From Camelus dromedarius (lineage: Eukaryota), in NCBI RefSeq assembly GCF_036321535.1, contig NC_087438.1, positions 1,180,001-1,244,000 of the forward strand: 64,000 bases of DNA. The letters are read 5' to 3'. Positions 22,796 through 36,689 of this stretch are shown one piece after another. Positions within the stretch are counted from its first letter, which is position 1; every line of letters starts with the position of its first letter. The notes beneath the pieces were generated by a model. The model made no database searches, had not been told where the DNA came from, and saw only the letters and a list, made by a program, of their open reading frames with translations. The position numbers and the translations under genes were made by a program.

Positions 22796-25700
22796 ACTGT
22801 AACTGCAATAAGGTTTCACTTCTAATTTTGACTGAATCCGTCGGGACAAGGACGAAAGCCTCAGGCAGCTGGTGGTCCTCAGCCCGCGGCACGTGGCGTT
22901 GGCCCCCTTCCACCACACGGGGCCGAGGGGCGGTCGGGGTCGTCAGTGGACCTTCTCTGCGGCTCTTCTGGGCTGACTGATACTTTTTGGGCAGTTCTTG
23001 CAATAACTAAGAATTTTAAAATTCAGCAAGCAAAAAGGAGTTTTCAAGACATTTCTTTGTGTTTTCCTCCTGTGACAACATCAAGTCATCGAAAGCCGCC
23101 AGCCCGCTGCTTCTCGCGTCTTGACCCCACGGCCCCGAGCGGGAGACCCTGACTGGGGAGGAGCTTCGCCCTGCGCCACTAGAAACACGGAACTTCCCAA
23201 GTCCGCGGCTTTTCTCCAAGCGTGGAGAGAAGGGGTGGGGCCTGTTGGTTATTCGCGGCCTCTGTTTCCTTGGTTGCCTTCCAAGGGGGCGACATGGCCC
23301 TGACCCTGAACTCAGCCCCAAGAGTCTTTCGTGTTTTAGGATGAAGGGTCAGGCTTTCTGTGGGCAGGCGGTGCCCCGGGCTCCCGCTCCCCACCAGCCC
23401 TGTCCCTGATGGCAGGGAATTGCCGCCTGGAGGGGCCCAGCCCCGCCTGGTGTGAAGACACGGAGACGCGGGGGCTCAGCAGACACTCAGGTCCCTGGGG
23501 AATCCCCCGCCCGCCGCCCGCTGGGGCCTCCAAACGCAGTTAGTGGACCTTCTGGATGAAAACCAGTCAGAGGACGTCTTGCACCTTGATGTTCACAGGC
23601 CACGTTCCCGGGGGTCCTGCCTCAGAGCCCCGAGCCAGGTCCGGGCCGACTGCCAGGGCCACTGGGGGTTCGGGACGTGAGGACTTGTCCTCGGGAGCAG
23701 GACTCGGGGGGGGGTGGTGTCCCAGACGCGGCTCATGGTCAACCCCCCACAGAGAAGCTGGGTCAGCGCACACAGGCTCTCTGGTGGCTCCTTCCAGCTG
23801 CAGGCGAGTTTACAACTATGTCAGCCAAAAAGGGCACGGACACTGTCCTTTCCTGCCCAGAGCCCCGCGCCCAGTGTCTCCCGCACGGCGGCCCTGCCCT
23901 TGGCCACCGTCCCAGCCCTAGAGGACAAAGGAACACTTACGTCAGGGAGGCACCTAAGGAGAGAATCTGAGCAGCCCGTTGGGGAAGTTCCCTCCGGACA
24001 GAGGGATCCCCCTTGAGACCTCCTCTCATTAACTTTTCTGCGCTCTAACAATTTCACTTGAAAAGCTCTCTCAGAAGAGTGATCCTGTGACCCTCCACTT
24101 TGGTAACTGACCATCCTTCATGTACAAAGACCCTTAGGCACCCTGCACACACCTGGCATGGCTCGCACCGGTGGGCAGCCTGTGGGCAGGAGCCTGGACG
24201 CCTCACGAAACCGCACGTGGCCCCTGGGCTCCTTGACCCTCTGACGCCGGTCCTGCCCTTGCAGGAACGCCAGCAGGGAGCCGGGCAGGTGAACTTCTAT
24301 CCTCCCAGACCCCAAGGCTGATAGTGAATGACGGACCCCCAGCCCCGCTCGCCAGTGTCCAGGAAATGCTGCTCCCCTGGGTGTCAGCAGGGAGACCTGT
24401 CGTCTCATCAAGACTCTCCACTTCGCGTCCAGCTGTAGCCTCTGACCGTGTCGTCCAGCAGAGTTTAGGGCGTCCCAAAGGCCCCCTCCTGTCGGTCCTT
24501 GCCGGTGATGGTGATGGATGGCCTTGGTGTGGTGGCCCCGAGGGCACCTTGTTAGGACCCATCCGCCGGAGCGGCTGCGCCACGCAGAGACGGGGGCCAT
24601 CCCGGGGTCACCAGGCTCAGCGCCCCCATTCATCTCCCAGGCCTGGGACCTGTCATCCAGCTGCTGCGGCATCAGGCGTGTCCGCGAAGCCTGCGAGGTG
24701 TGAGGAACTGGGGGCGAGAGCACCCCACCCGCCTCCACCCCCGCCTGCCTCTGCCCACCTCCCGCTCAGCCCTTCCCTCTCAAAGTGCCTCGCCGGTCCC
24801 TGTGCTCGGAACCGCTGCCGAATGAGTGCTTCCGGCTGAGGATGGGATATTTCTGTTTAGCACAACCCCAGCTCCTGATGGTAATGGAATGACCGGACTT
24901 TTCTGGGTAGCCTGGCATGGGCCGGCGTCCGGGGAGTCTGTTGGTCAGTGAAACCTCGGACCACCGCCGCTGCCGGTTTGTGAGCCTGGAGCAGCTGCTC
25001 ACTGCCGGGGCTCCGACCACTCTGCTTCTCCGCTGGGCACTGCGGGGAACGGACCACCGCCTTCCACTCCCCAAGTCTATCACTAGCTAAGGGGAAACTG
25101 CTGTTCTCAAAACAGGTATGTCCTGGGGCTTTCCAGAGGACAGAGGCCGCGGGGCCAAACCCGGAGGGTGTTGAGAGATCCTCGCGTCACATCTTCCTGC
25201 CCTGCTCCCTCCTCTTGTCTTGGGACAAGTGGCCTGACCACCAGCAGGTGCCAAACGCACAGAAGACACAGCCCTTCCACGTATGTCATGAGTTGTCCTG
25301 TTACGTCTTATTGGAGTCTAGACACCCAGTGCCTTCTGGGAAAAGACGCCTTCGGTGAGGCAGCCGACCCCCCTGCGACCCACAGCCCCGGGCCTGTCCG
25401 TCCCCTCCGGGCGCCTCTGCACTCTCACTCCGCATGGACTGGCCACGCTGCTCGCTCCCGCTGCGCCCACCAACAACCTGCGGCACCTGTGCGTGTTTTA
25501 CTAGTAGATGTTGGCGGCCGGGCCCGGGAGGTCCAGCTGATGCTGGCAGCACGTTTCCACGGGACGCCGAGGTCCAGAGGTGGTCTGCCGGCCTCGGCCC
25601 GGACAGCTCAGTATTTCAGTAGTCCTTAATCCTAGTGATGGGCATGTCGGCAATTTTACTATAACAGCTTCACAATTAACAAAGTTCCACCATTCATTCT

Positions 25701-26929
25701 TAATTGTATATGAATTATATAAAACTATGTTATATTAATAAGATACAGTCACACAGAAAGGGGCTGCCGTGCCTGCGGTCCCCCCGACCCCCGACTGAAG
25801 GAAGCCCCACGGGCCACCGAGCAGGCCCAGCGGGAGGCGGTCCAGCCAAACCACTGACCGCAGGAGGTGGACACGCTTTGGTCTGAGCCTCGAGCTCGGC
25901 TGTGCTTGTTACGCAGTGATGATGACATGCAATCGATCAAAGCCGAGCGAGTGCGTCTCAGCCAGGCTCACGGAGCGACGCTTCAGTGGTGCCTCTGTGG
26001 CCGCTAACCAGGGCCGGCACACTGGAAAATCTTAACCTGGCAAAAAATAATCTAAGTTGTAACTGAATTATGTCCACTTTGACCAGAGTTTATATGGTTT
26101 TGGCTACAGATTACAATATAAGGTAAAGAAAATTCACCTGCGTGTGTCAGTGTGCGGAGGGCCCGGGTCAGGAGTCATCTTTAGCCACCAGAGGCTGTCA
26201 GCACGCGGAGGCCGCTGCTGCCTCCCGAAGGCCGCGCTCCCCTGGGGGTCCCGCTCCGGCCCCCGACCAGGCCCGCAGCCCAGGGACCGAGAAAGCCTCT
26301 GCTCGCGGCGCACACTAACGGGTTACAGGCAGCGGCGCTGCCTTAAGGGCTCGGTGATTCGGCGCCTATTTCCTTCCCTGAAAGCCGCCCTGGCCTAAAG
26401 CAAGATGGACAAGAGCGCCGTGTGTCCCCCTCAGCCGCCGCGAGGCCGCGGGCGGCATCGCCACTCTTTGGTCTTTGGACGTTTCTAACTCCTGGAGATT
26501 ATGCCCCATCAGGCTTTATCTTCTAATCGATATGAAAGTTATACAAGGAAGCTGTTAATTTATTTGCATTTCTTACACCAACCCAATGAGCTCGACCGAA
26601 ACCAGCGTCCCTTGTGAAGCGCTCACTGCAGGTGAAAGCAGGCTGTCAGGACTGGCATCATCAGCATCTTCTCACGGCGGAAGCTGTGAAACGCCGTGCA
26701 GCTCCGCAGCCGGCCCTCCTGCCGGCGGCTGCTCTGTGCCCAGGCTGTGGTGGGCTGGCACCTGCGGTCCGAGGGGCTGTGACGGGGGCGGAGCAGCAGG
26801 GAGGCTGTGCAGAGGGTGTCTCCTGAGTCCGCGGTGCCGCCCTGTCCGCAGCGTCCTGAGACCGGAGGGGAAGCACGTGCCTGGATTCACACGGGACCAG
26901 CTTGCCTTCCCAGGAGCAAACGTGTAGAC

Positions 26930-28265
26930 GTGTTTACAGATGCGCAAACATAAATGGGCTGGTACACATGTGAAATTTTCTTCTGAGTCGGCCAAGTGGT
27001 CCTAGAAGCAGGGCGGCCCGGCAGCAGTGAGCACGGCTCAGGCCCAGCCCTTTGCAGCGCCGTCCTCCAGGGAAGGAACCAGGGGACGAAGTGATCAGGA
27101 TCAGCCTGGAGCATCTGGTGGCACCAGAAAGTAAGAAAGTGCGTAAAAAATTGAAAAACAACCCCCAAACCCCAGACAAAGAAAAGGCCACGATGATGGG
27201 AGCACATCGAAGGGACACAGGAACAAAGTGAAGGAGCGCCAACAGGACAAACTGGAACGTTTAGAGCAAGAAAAAAAGTAGCATTGGATTATAACCCAAA
27301 TATAAAATAAATATCCATGAGTCTATAATGATATAAATAATTGACTGCATCAAAAACTAAACAGGAGAGAAGAGACAAAGCTCCTGCAGAGTCAGTCATA
27401 CACCATGGACCCTTGAACAAAGTGGGGTTTGGGGCGCCAGCCCTCTGCACGGCGGACGATCTGCGTACAGTTGCGCAGTCGGCCCCCCCCCATGCGTGTA
27501 CAGGGTCCCTCTGTGCCCACCTGGCCGTGGGCTGTGTGGTGCTTTAGCTCTTACTGCTGAAAAAGAGCCACACGGAAGTTGATCATCGCAGTTCAAACCC
27601 ATGCTGTTCAAGCTCAGCTGCGTGTAGCTGCTTTGCCCTCATGCAGGTGAAGCACAACCCTCCATGCCTTGAGGGTGGGCTGTGCAGTGACCTCTTGCAC
27701 AGGCTACGGTGTGCAGAGGAGGAGAGTGGACGGGCCTGGTGGGCACGACCTCAGCCAGGGGCTCAAGGTCGACCTCAGTAGTCATGTCACGTCAGCAGTG
27801 TGTACACTTGGTACAACGTGATGCTCGATGCTCTTTTCCCCAAACCCATAACCCCAGTTTACTTATTAAAAAAAAAAATCAAAACACATTCCAATAGAAG
27901 GACGTTCTATAAGACACCTGACCCATACTCCTCAGAACCGCCCAGATCATCAAAAACTGGGGAAGTGTGAGAAACCATCATCTGAGAAGTCTGAAGAGAC
28001 ATGGCAGCTAAAGGTACGTGGTAGCGTACACAGGACCCTGTAGCAGCACAAAGATATCTAAGGAATCCAAATTAAACAAGTGCTTTAGTTAATAATAATG
28101 TGTCAATATTGGTCCATTAATGCAAACACATACACCGTAAGGACGGAAGCTGTTGTTAACACGAGCCCCTGGCGTGCGGTGTCTGAGAACTCTCCCTCCT
28201 GTCCTCACGACTTTCTCTTAGTCTAAAATTGTTCCGAAATAAAGCATTTATGTAAAAGCAAAAAG
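26930..28265 (+). mobile_element. L1MC3-like 3' UTR, interrupted by a Tigger MITE
   Basis: ccagaaagtaagaaagtgc...gtagcattggattataacccaaa...tatccatgagtc...ccaaacccataaccccagt...ctttagttaataataatgtgtcaatattgg...gtctaaaattgttccgaaataaa. Confidence 0.75.
27398..27622. mobile_element. TcMar-Tigger non-autonomous element (Tigger2/MER8-like)
   Basis: Degenerate terminal inverted repeats catggacccttgaacaa and tgttcaagctcagctg, with subterminal cgcagttcaaacccatgctgttcaag. Confidence 0.7.
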
Positions 28266-28279
28266 AAAGGAGCTGCCGC

Positions 28280-31200
28280 TTCCTGCCAACCCGAAGTGAC
28301 ACAGAGTGGTTTACCCTCACGCCTGAGGAAAATGCAGACAGTTTTTCAAAACACTGAGGAAACAGAAGTTCTCAAAGCACGATGAGGAGCACTGGCCCCT
28401 GGGGTACTGGACGCAAGCGAGGTGGGCCCAGCATCGTGCAGCTGGCTGTCTGGACAGCTCTGCGTGTGGCGCAGGGAGGGGCTTGCTGAGTGGAGGGGCT
28501 GGAGATGCAAGTTTGGCAGCCAGAGAGCAGAGGACAGTACCAGGGAGAGAGAGAGAGAGAAAGAGGGAGCGAGAGGGGCAGAGAGCATGAGTGGGCGTGC
28601 GAGCACTGCTCAGACACTGAGGGTCACCCTTGGGTGTGCAGCGACGGCAAGCAGGGAGGTGGCCAGCCCGTGTGTGTGAGGGTAGCAGTGAAGACTGGGG
28701 CCAGAAGCACCCAAAGACTCGGCATGAACAGTGACTCCTGAGATGAGGGCCACTCCTGCCAGGCAGAGAGAGACCTCCAGTTTCACAGGACTCGGAGCAG
28801 ACGAGCCGTTACAGCCCTCACACCAGCGCGGCACACTGAGACCCTGACCAGGCACTCCGCCAGCCCTGCCTGCCAAATCTTAAAGGGAGAGCCAAGAAAT
28901 TTAGTGTGGCCCCAGAGCTCAGCCTGAGAATGTTTAGCAACACAGAAATATGCCGCACCTACCAAGCTAAAATTCACCCTCTGCGACGTTCAATAAAACA
29001 AACTGCCGGGCGTGCATAAGGCAGAGACCTGCGGCCCACGATGAGGGGAAAAGTAATCGTTTGAAGCCAAAGCAGGACACAGATGTCGGAGTGAGCAGAC
29101 AAAGACATTAAACAGCTATAACCTAATTCTAGTTGTTCAGAAAGTCGAAGAGAAACACACGGATCATATGAAAAAGACCTAAGTGAACCGAGGTGTGAAA
29201 AATACCGTATCTAAGATGAAAAATACACTGAATGGAATCAACAGCTGGTTAGTTTTTTCAGAAGAAAAGATAGTGAACTTGAAGGCAGCAACTGAAACTA
29301 TCAAAAATGAAACACAGACAATACAAATAATTTAAAAAATGGTGGGAGCAACAGATCATTAGTGAACTCTGGGACACACGCAAGCAGCCTAATATGCGTG
29401 GAATACGAAATACTAGCAGTGCGGGCAAGCCCAGCGTCCTGGCGTCCACGAAGGAGAAAGGGGTTGAAGCAGAAGAAGTGTTTGAAGAAACTGTTCACCA
29501 CGATTTTCCAAATGTAAAGAAACTTATGAACATACACTCCTATGAAGCTCGCAGACCACTGCTACGGGGAGCATGCGGGGAAGCGCACAAAGGCACGCCA
29601 AGGCCAAATGCTCACCAGCAGCGACGCAGAGGAGAGCTTAGCGCGGCCGACAGAGCAGACACGCTGTGAATAGAGGAGCCAGGAAAAGGAGGCTGCAGAT
29701 TTCTCCCTGCAAACTGGGCAGGTGAGAGGACAGTAAATCCCTGTCTTTAAAGTTTTGAAAGAAAAACAAACAACCTAGAATTCTATACCAAGCAAAACTG
29801 TCTTTCAAAACAAAAGTGAAATAAAGCTTCGGACACACAGAAGCTGGCAGGTTTACCAGCAGCAGCCTTGAGGTGCAAACAAGGTGAAACAAGGCCTCCC
29901 ACAGCAGAAAATGATGGCAGATTGAGAATGTGTGTCCTCACAAAGGACGGGGGCCACCGGGAACGGTAACTGCATCCCTGGTGTCTCTAAAACATCTTCT
30001 TGTCATTTAAATCTCTTGAAAAATAGTTGTCTGTCGAAACCAAAATAGCGGTCACGTGTGGGTTAACGTGCAGGCATGAAAGATACGAAAACAACAGAAC
30101 GAGGCTGGAAGGCGAGGGATGGGAGGCTCTTATTTCTACATTAAGTGGCATAATTTAACGGTAGACCAATAAGGGAAACTGCATACTGTAAACTCTAATG
30201 GCTAAAGACACAATGAAATGCTGAAAGCTGTAGCTAATAAGCAAACAAAAAAGGTAAAATAGGAAATGAAACGTGATTAATCCAAAAAGGGCACAGAAAG
30301 AAAAAAGGCAGCATGTGAGATGGGACAGACGGAAACCAAAGGAATGGCGATAGAGTACAACCTAATTATGTCAATACTCATCTTAGATGTAAATGGTCTA
30401 AATAGCGTAATTAGAATGCAATAATTATAAGCTTGGATAAAAAGAAACACGCAAGCATGTGCTCACGAGAAGAAACCATTTTAAATACAAAGACACAGAC
30501 AGATTAAAAGTTAAAGTGTGTAAGAACTACACCACAATAACACTGTAAAAGGTAGCATTTTAGTAGCTGCAGTGTATCAGGCAAAGTAGATTTCAGAGCA
30601 AAAAACATCACTAATTCATAATGATGGAGATGTGACTTCATCAAAAGGATGTAATAATCCTAAGCATGTGTGTATATAATAATAATTCTTTAAAACAGAT
30701 GAAGCAAAAGTTAATAGTAATGGAAAATATAGACAAATCCATAAATACACTGAAGACTTCAGTGCTCCTCTCAGTAATTGATCGTAGAAGCATGTGGATT
30801 ATCTGTAAGGATATAGAAGATCTGAAAAAACACGATCGTTTAGTTTACCTGATTTACTTTCACAGAGAACTCTGTGAAACTGTAGCCAAATTCTTCTCAC
30901 ACACACAAAGCATTTACCAAGATAGACCACACTCAGGGCCACGAAACAAGTCTTAATAATTTAAAAACGATTCAAGTCATGCAAAATATCTTCTCTGCTT
31001 GAAGTGGAATGAGATTAGAAATCTCCAGCAAAATTAACTCCTGAAAATCCCCAATATTTAGAAGGTAGGTGACGCACACCTGTGCAGCCCATGGTTAAAG
31101 AAGCCCTCGAGGTGGAATTAGGAAGCATTCTGAACTGGAACGAAGGTGAAAACGCGGCGGCCACAAGGAGTCTGTGGGAAGAGGTGCAGTGAGAGGGTTA

Positions 31201-33566
31201 GTTACAGAGTCAGATGCCTTTGAGAAATAAAAGGAGGTCCCGAATCAGTGAGGTCAGGTCTTACAGTAAGAGACTAGAAAAAGAAGAGCAAATTAAACCA
31301 AAAGTAAGTAGAAGAAAGGAAATAAGCAGAGAGGGAATCAACATAATAAAAAAATGGGAAAACAGTAGACAGATTTAAATGAAACCAAGGGTGGGGTCTT
31401 TGAGGAGATCAATAAAATTGGTAAAATTTTGCCAGATTGATTAGGAAAAAAGGGAAAAGACACGCACGCCTGACACCAGAAGGGAGAAAAGTTCTGTTAT
31501 GACAGGTGTTAGCAGGTCAAGGGGAGAACGTTGTAAGACAGTTTCTTCCAATGAAGTTTACAACTTGGATGAAATGGGAAAAAAATCCTTGAAAATCACA
31601 AACTACAAAATCTCATTCAAAAATAGACAACTTTGAATAACCCTAAAAAAGTAAACTTTGACCCACATGTCTTCACAAATTCGACCAAAGATTAAAGAAA
31701 AAAGAACACTGATTCTGCAGAACTTAGAGAAAACGGAAGCGGAGAGGACTCTTCGGCACTCGCTCCATGAGGCCCGCGTGGCTCTGACACCCAGATCCGA
31801 CAGACGTTGTAACTGAATAAAACTACAGACCGATAACCCTCATGAATGTAGGCGCAGAAATTCTAAACACAATTTTAGCAAATCGAATCCAGCAATATAT
31901 GAAAAAGACAGTACATTCCAAGAAAGCAGTGCTATTCCAGGAAGTCAAGCTTGGCCTAACATCAGAACATTAGTAGATGTCGTTCACCACACTGACACAC
32001 TATGGAAGAAGAAACATGGTCACCCCGATACCTGTCAAACTCTTTTTTTAGACCAACAGTAATTCCTGATGAAAACTCTCAGCAAACTCGGAACAGAAGA
32101 AAACGGCCTCACACTGATAGAGGTCTACGTGAAAATAAACAAATAAACAATCAGCCAAACACAAAACCATGCTCGACATAGTAAATGGTGCAGCAGCGCA
32201 GGCTTTCCCTCTAAGACCAGTGAGTTGAAAAGGACAGTCTCTTTTGTTACTTCTGTTCAGCACTGTGCTGCATCCTCATCAGCACAGGGAGTTTGAAAAA
32301 AGGCAGGGAAAACAGACAAAGTGGCGACGCAAAACTGCCTTTATTCTCAGACGGCGCAATCGTCTGTGTGGGAGGCGACCCTGTGAAATGTACGAATAAG
32401 CTACATAAGCTCAGAAGCAACGGAGCAGGTGGCAGGACGCAGCCTCAGTGTGCAGGTGTCAACCGTGGCTCTGCATTCGTGCCATGAGCTATTGGAAACT
32501 GACACAAAAAGTTTACAACTGCATCTGGCCAAAATGTGCAAGACCTTCTAAAAAGTGCAAAGCGTTGCTAAGAGCAATTAGGAAACACCTAAACAAAGGA
32601 GACGTGTGCCTGGCCCCAAGGATCCAGCATTGCTAAGATGTCATTTCTTCCCAGGTCGGTACATTCAGAGGTATCCCTATGAGCAGGCTTCTATTTTTGT
32701 ACAAACTGAAAAGGGCTTTGAATTGTCAAAACAACTTTGAAGGTGAAGGACAAGGTTAGAAGAGGGACACTAACTTACTTCAAGACCTGAGGCTCCAGTA
32801 ACCACGAGAGTGGGCGGCAGCAGGTTAGACAACAGTTTAGCTGAAGTGGATGAGGGAGTGTGTGGAAAACTGAGCTTCAACAAGACGCAAAAGCAAGTTA
32901 GCAGAGAAAGGACGGCCTTCTCTGGAAATGGCGCTGGAACAGTTAGATATCCACATGAAGAAGATGAACTGTAATAGGCACATCATACAGAAATGGGTTA
33001 TAGACTTGGATGTAAAGCCTAAAACTTCACGAAGTTTTAGAAGGAATCATTGGAGAAAATCTTTGTGACTTTGAATCAGGCAAAGAGTGCCTAAATATGC
33101 CATCAGAAGGATGGTCTTGAAAAGCGAAACTGATGAATTAGGCTTCATAAAAATGAAAACGTCTGTTCTCTGCCAGATGCTGGGAGCCTGGTGAACAGAC
33201 AGGCCAGCAGCTTGTCTTACAAAAAAAAAAATGCCACCTTACATTGACAAAGGACTTGTATCCAGAATATGCAAATAATTCTCAAAACTCAGTACAATGG
33301 AAGCCACCCAATAGAAAATGCACAAAAGGTGTGAGCGGAGCGTCCCCTTCGGAGCTGCGTAGACAGTAAACCCGCCCACGACAGAATGGTCGACGCCGTT
33401 AGGTACGAAGGAAACACACACTAAAACCACTGCAAGATGCCTTACGCAGCTGTTAGGGGACCAGGGCGCAACACACCCACATGCCGAGAGCTGCTCCAAA
33501 AGACGAGGAGCTGGAGCTGTCACGTGCCCTGGTCGCAACAGAACACATGACCGCCACCGTTCTGTA
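28280..33566 (+). mobile_element. Large degraded old L1 (5' region, ORF1 and internally deleted ORF2); its 3' end continues at 34606-34742 and 35258-35530
   Basis: ORF1p motif PRILYQAKLSFK at ~29773; ORF2 start SILILDVNGLNSVI at ~30371; RT motifs [26 protein letters not shown] at ~31820 and LFSDGAIV (degenerate LFADDMI) at ~32341. A-rich plus strand and no intact ORF. Confidence 0.9.
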
Positions 33567-34481
33567 AGTTGTTTTTGAGTTTCGCACTATTGGTTTTTTA
33601 TTTAACAGCCCTTGATGTATTTGTGATCAGTAGATGATAAAGGGCTATTGCAAAACCACAGGCATGGTCCCGTGGCACCCCGAGAGCAGCGCCGTGGAGC
33701 CGTGTCGGCGTGTGCGTGTGCGTGTGGTGGGAGCGCTGTCCTCCGAGGCTCACCGGGCAGTTCTGTTCTGCCTCCACCCGCCACACACGCTCCGCACACA
33801 CTTAATACGTCATTTTCCATTTTCCCCACTGACCTGCTCACTGGGCCGCATGTGTCTCCGCCTTCAGGCGAGCAGTGCCGCCCTGGCCCCCACACTAAGT
33901 GGCCAGCGGGCAATAGGGGCCCAAAGCTCAGGTTTTAGAGAGAGTAGTCACTCCTGTCCTTGGAAGAAAAGTGTAATGGGCGTCAGGAAAGGCTGACAAG
34001 GCGACACAACTCTGAGCAGGCTTCAGAGTGTTTCACACGTGTCTCAGGTCTGGTAGAACCCTGAGCTCCAGGCCCGTTCAGCTCGTTACGAGGAAGCTGT
34101 TACTATGGTCCTTCAAAGGTGCTGGCAACAATTCTGTACTCTGTGCTTTTGTTAAATGCTTGACTTTATTATGTTTTGTTTTCTAGCCACCAGGTGAAAT
34201 TTCTTTGAATGTCTAATATGGTTACATCTTTTTTCATCTTATATGACGTATAATATTTTATTACTTAATGAGATAATCAGGTGAAGACCGTTTTTTCTGT
34301 TGATTTAAATGCCTGGCCATGCTGTGATAAAAACCAGTAGCAGACCTTATTTATTTAAGATAAATAGCCCTTATGGATTCCCCTAAGATCTTAGTCATCG
34401 ATGCCACATTCTGGCACAACGGTGGTGCTAAGAAAAGTAACACATTATTTACACATTAATTGTTTTAACTGAAGTCACTTT

Positions 34482-34595
34482 ATTTTTTATTTTGTTAAAT
34501 TGTGATAAAAAGCACTTAACATGAAAGTTACCATCTCAAGCATTTTAAGGTGTGCAGCTCAGGAGTGTGAAGTACATTCACATTGTTGTGCACAT
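34482..34595 (-). mobile_element. Short 5'-truncated L1MB-like 3' terminus
   Basis: ttttattttgttaaattgtgataaaaagcacttaacatgaaagttaccatctcaagcattttaaggtgtgcagctcagg...agtacattcacattgttgtgc is the reverse complement of an L1MB-type end with its poly(A). Confidence 0.75.
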
Positions 34596-34742
34596 AGTTC
34601 TTTTTTAAGACGTTAAACATCCGATTCAGCCATCCTGTTCCCATGCACTTACCCGAGAGGAAGTCCACAAGAGTGGAGGCAGCTTCCTCTGTGACAGCTA
34701 ATAATTGGAAACAACCCAAATGTGCACCAACACGTGAAAGGA

Positions 34743-34960
34743 AGCATCAGCAGAGGACTGGATTCAGAAGCTGTGCTGTATCTGTACAACAGAACACTAC
34801 TCAGCCATAAAAAGAATGAAATAACGCCATTTGCAGCAACGTGGGTGGACCTGGAGATCGTCATGCTAGGTGAAGCGAGCCAGACAGAGAAAGAAAAATG
34901 CCGCGTGAGATCACTATATGTGGAATCTAAAGAAAAGGACACAGATGAACTACATATTAT
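34743..34960 (+). mobile_element. Younger L1 3' fragment (cetartiodactyl/camelid type)
   Basis: actactcagccataaaaagaatgaaataacgccatttgcagcaacgtgggtggacctggagatcgtcat...tgtggaatctaaag; homologous to 54250-54400. Confidence 0.85.
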
Positions 34961-35257
34961 TTATAACTTAAATGACTGATTTCTTGAACGTGTGAAGCAC
35001 ACGTGACTGTTCTTTATGACTGGATCACCGCATTCTGTTGGTCTTTATTTTGTGGTTGGCTGTATTCCTTTGGTAACTATGTAAGTTTAAAAAGCTAAAG
35101 CTCTCGACTGTCCCTAGAAACAATGAACACGACATGCGTGTAAACTGAAGCAAATACGTGCAGTGCATTGTATATATGTATTTACACACAATATATCATA
35201 TACATGCAGTCAAATTATAACAATTCTACCGAATAAAACTGAAAACTGAAAAAAAAT

Positions 35258-35530
35258 AACCTGTGGAAGGATAAACTGTTACGTCAGTTCAGCGGAATAC
35301 TACTCAGCGATGTAAAGGAGAAAAAACAAACTACTGAGACACAGGGCTATGTGGATGAGTCTTGAAACTATTACACTAGGTGAGAGAGTTCAGGCAAAGA
35401 TGCGCCCACAGCGCACTGCCCTGTATTATAAAATCAGAGAAAACGAGAGCGGACCTGCAGAGACCGAGCAGGCGGGGGACGTGCGGGGTGGAGGCGGGAG
35501 GAGCAAAGGGAGACTGCAAGCGCATTTGAG
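35258..35530 (+). mobile_element. Continuation of the old L1 3' end
   Basis: ggataaactg...ggaatactactcagcgatgtaaagg...tggatgagtcttgaaactattacactaggtgagagagttcagg. Confidence 0.7.
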
Positions 35531-36377
35531 CTGATGGGCGTGTTCGTCCTTCTGATAGATTTGGTGGCTTTTTCCCCCTTTAATGGTTAACACTGTATGT
35601 TTTAGAAAAACCATTAAAAAATCCCAAATTCGACTCAAATGGCTCGCCACACCAACACAAATGCGAATTATAAACACGCATTTGCATACGGCATACGTGT
35701 GCATAGTGTGTTTGCGCAGAATTTCAAAGAAATCACCTCGTGAAAGATGAGCTGATGGGATGAGCCGGTGAACTCTGTCCCGTGGCCTGGCCGACCCGAG
35801 AACTCGGTGTGCTCTCCTGTGAGACGGATTCTTGGGACTCGGGGCCATTACGCTTGCTATGACTTTGTGCCTTTTTAAAAGGCAGAAGGCCCCTGTCTAG
35901 TGACAGAGGGGTCCACGATCCTCAGAGGCGGAAGGAAGGCTGGGCCCCGGGAGGCCTGCCCCGGCCCAGCCACCAGGTGGGCCGGGACTACCTCGGAGCC
36001 TCAGCGCAGCTACAGCCCCAGCCTGCCCGCTGACTGGGACCCAGTTTCCGACCAGGCTGGAGCGCAGGGCAGAACAGTCCAGCCGGCGTTCTCACGACGT
36101 GCCCCAAATCTCTGCATTCTACATCCTGGCCAGTGGGTTTTCAAAGGGGACCGCGTGCCCTTGGTCACGGAGCTGTCCACTGCGGAGCTGACACTGTGGT
36201 GAGTGGCTCCCAGCCCTGGCGGGGGGCTTCTCAGATGGCCTGGGAGATGGGGCAGGACGGTTCCCCCAGGCGTGCCGCTCAGGGGTCCTGGCAGTGGAGT
36301 GTGCGATGGTGCCCCCAGGTCCTCAGATGTGGCGTCTGAGGGGCATCCTTCTCCGATGTCGCAGAAGACGAGGTTGC

Positions 36378-36689
36378 ATATCCTAGTTTATGCCTCTCCG
36401 ACAGGACTGCCATTGAATGTGCCTCGGGGGACAGGCGCTTATTTCTGACAGCCCTGGATGCCGAGAAGTCCAAGACCAAGGTGCCGGCCGGTTTGGCACC
36501 TGCGTGGACCCCTCCCAGGTGAAGGACTGCGGGCTTCTTGTGTTCCCACCGGGTGGGTACAGGAAGGGAGTTCTCTTCTCGTAAAGGTCCATTCGAGAGA
36601 CTCCGCCCTCATGACCTCGTCCTCCCCAGAGGGCCCCCCTCACTTTCAACATACACATTTGGGAGGACACAGACATTCCGTCCGGAGCA
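36378..36689 (-). mobile_element. MLT1A-like MaLR solo LTR
   Basis: ttatttctgacagccctggatgccgagaagtccaagaccaaggtgccggc...gccctcatgacc...tttcaacatacacatttgggaggacacagacattc. Confidence 0.8.
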
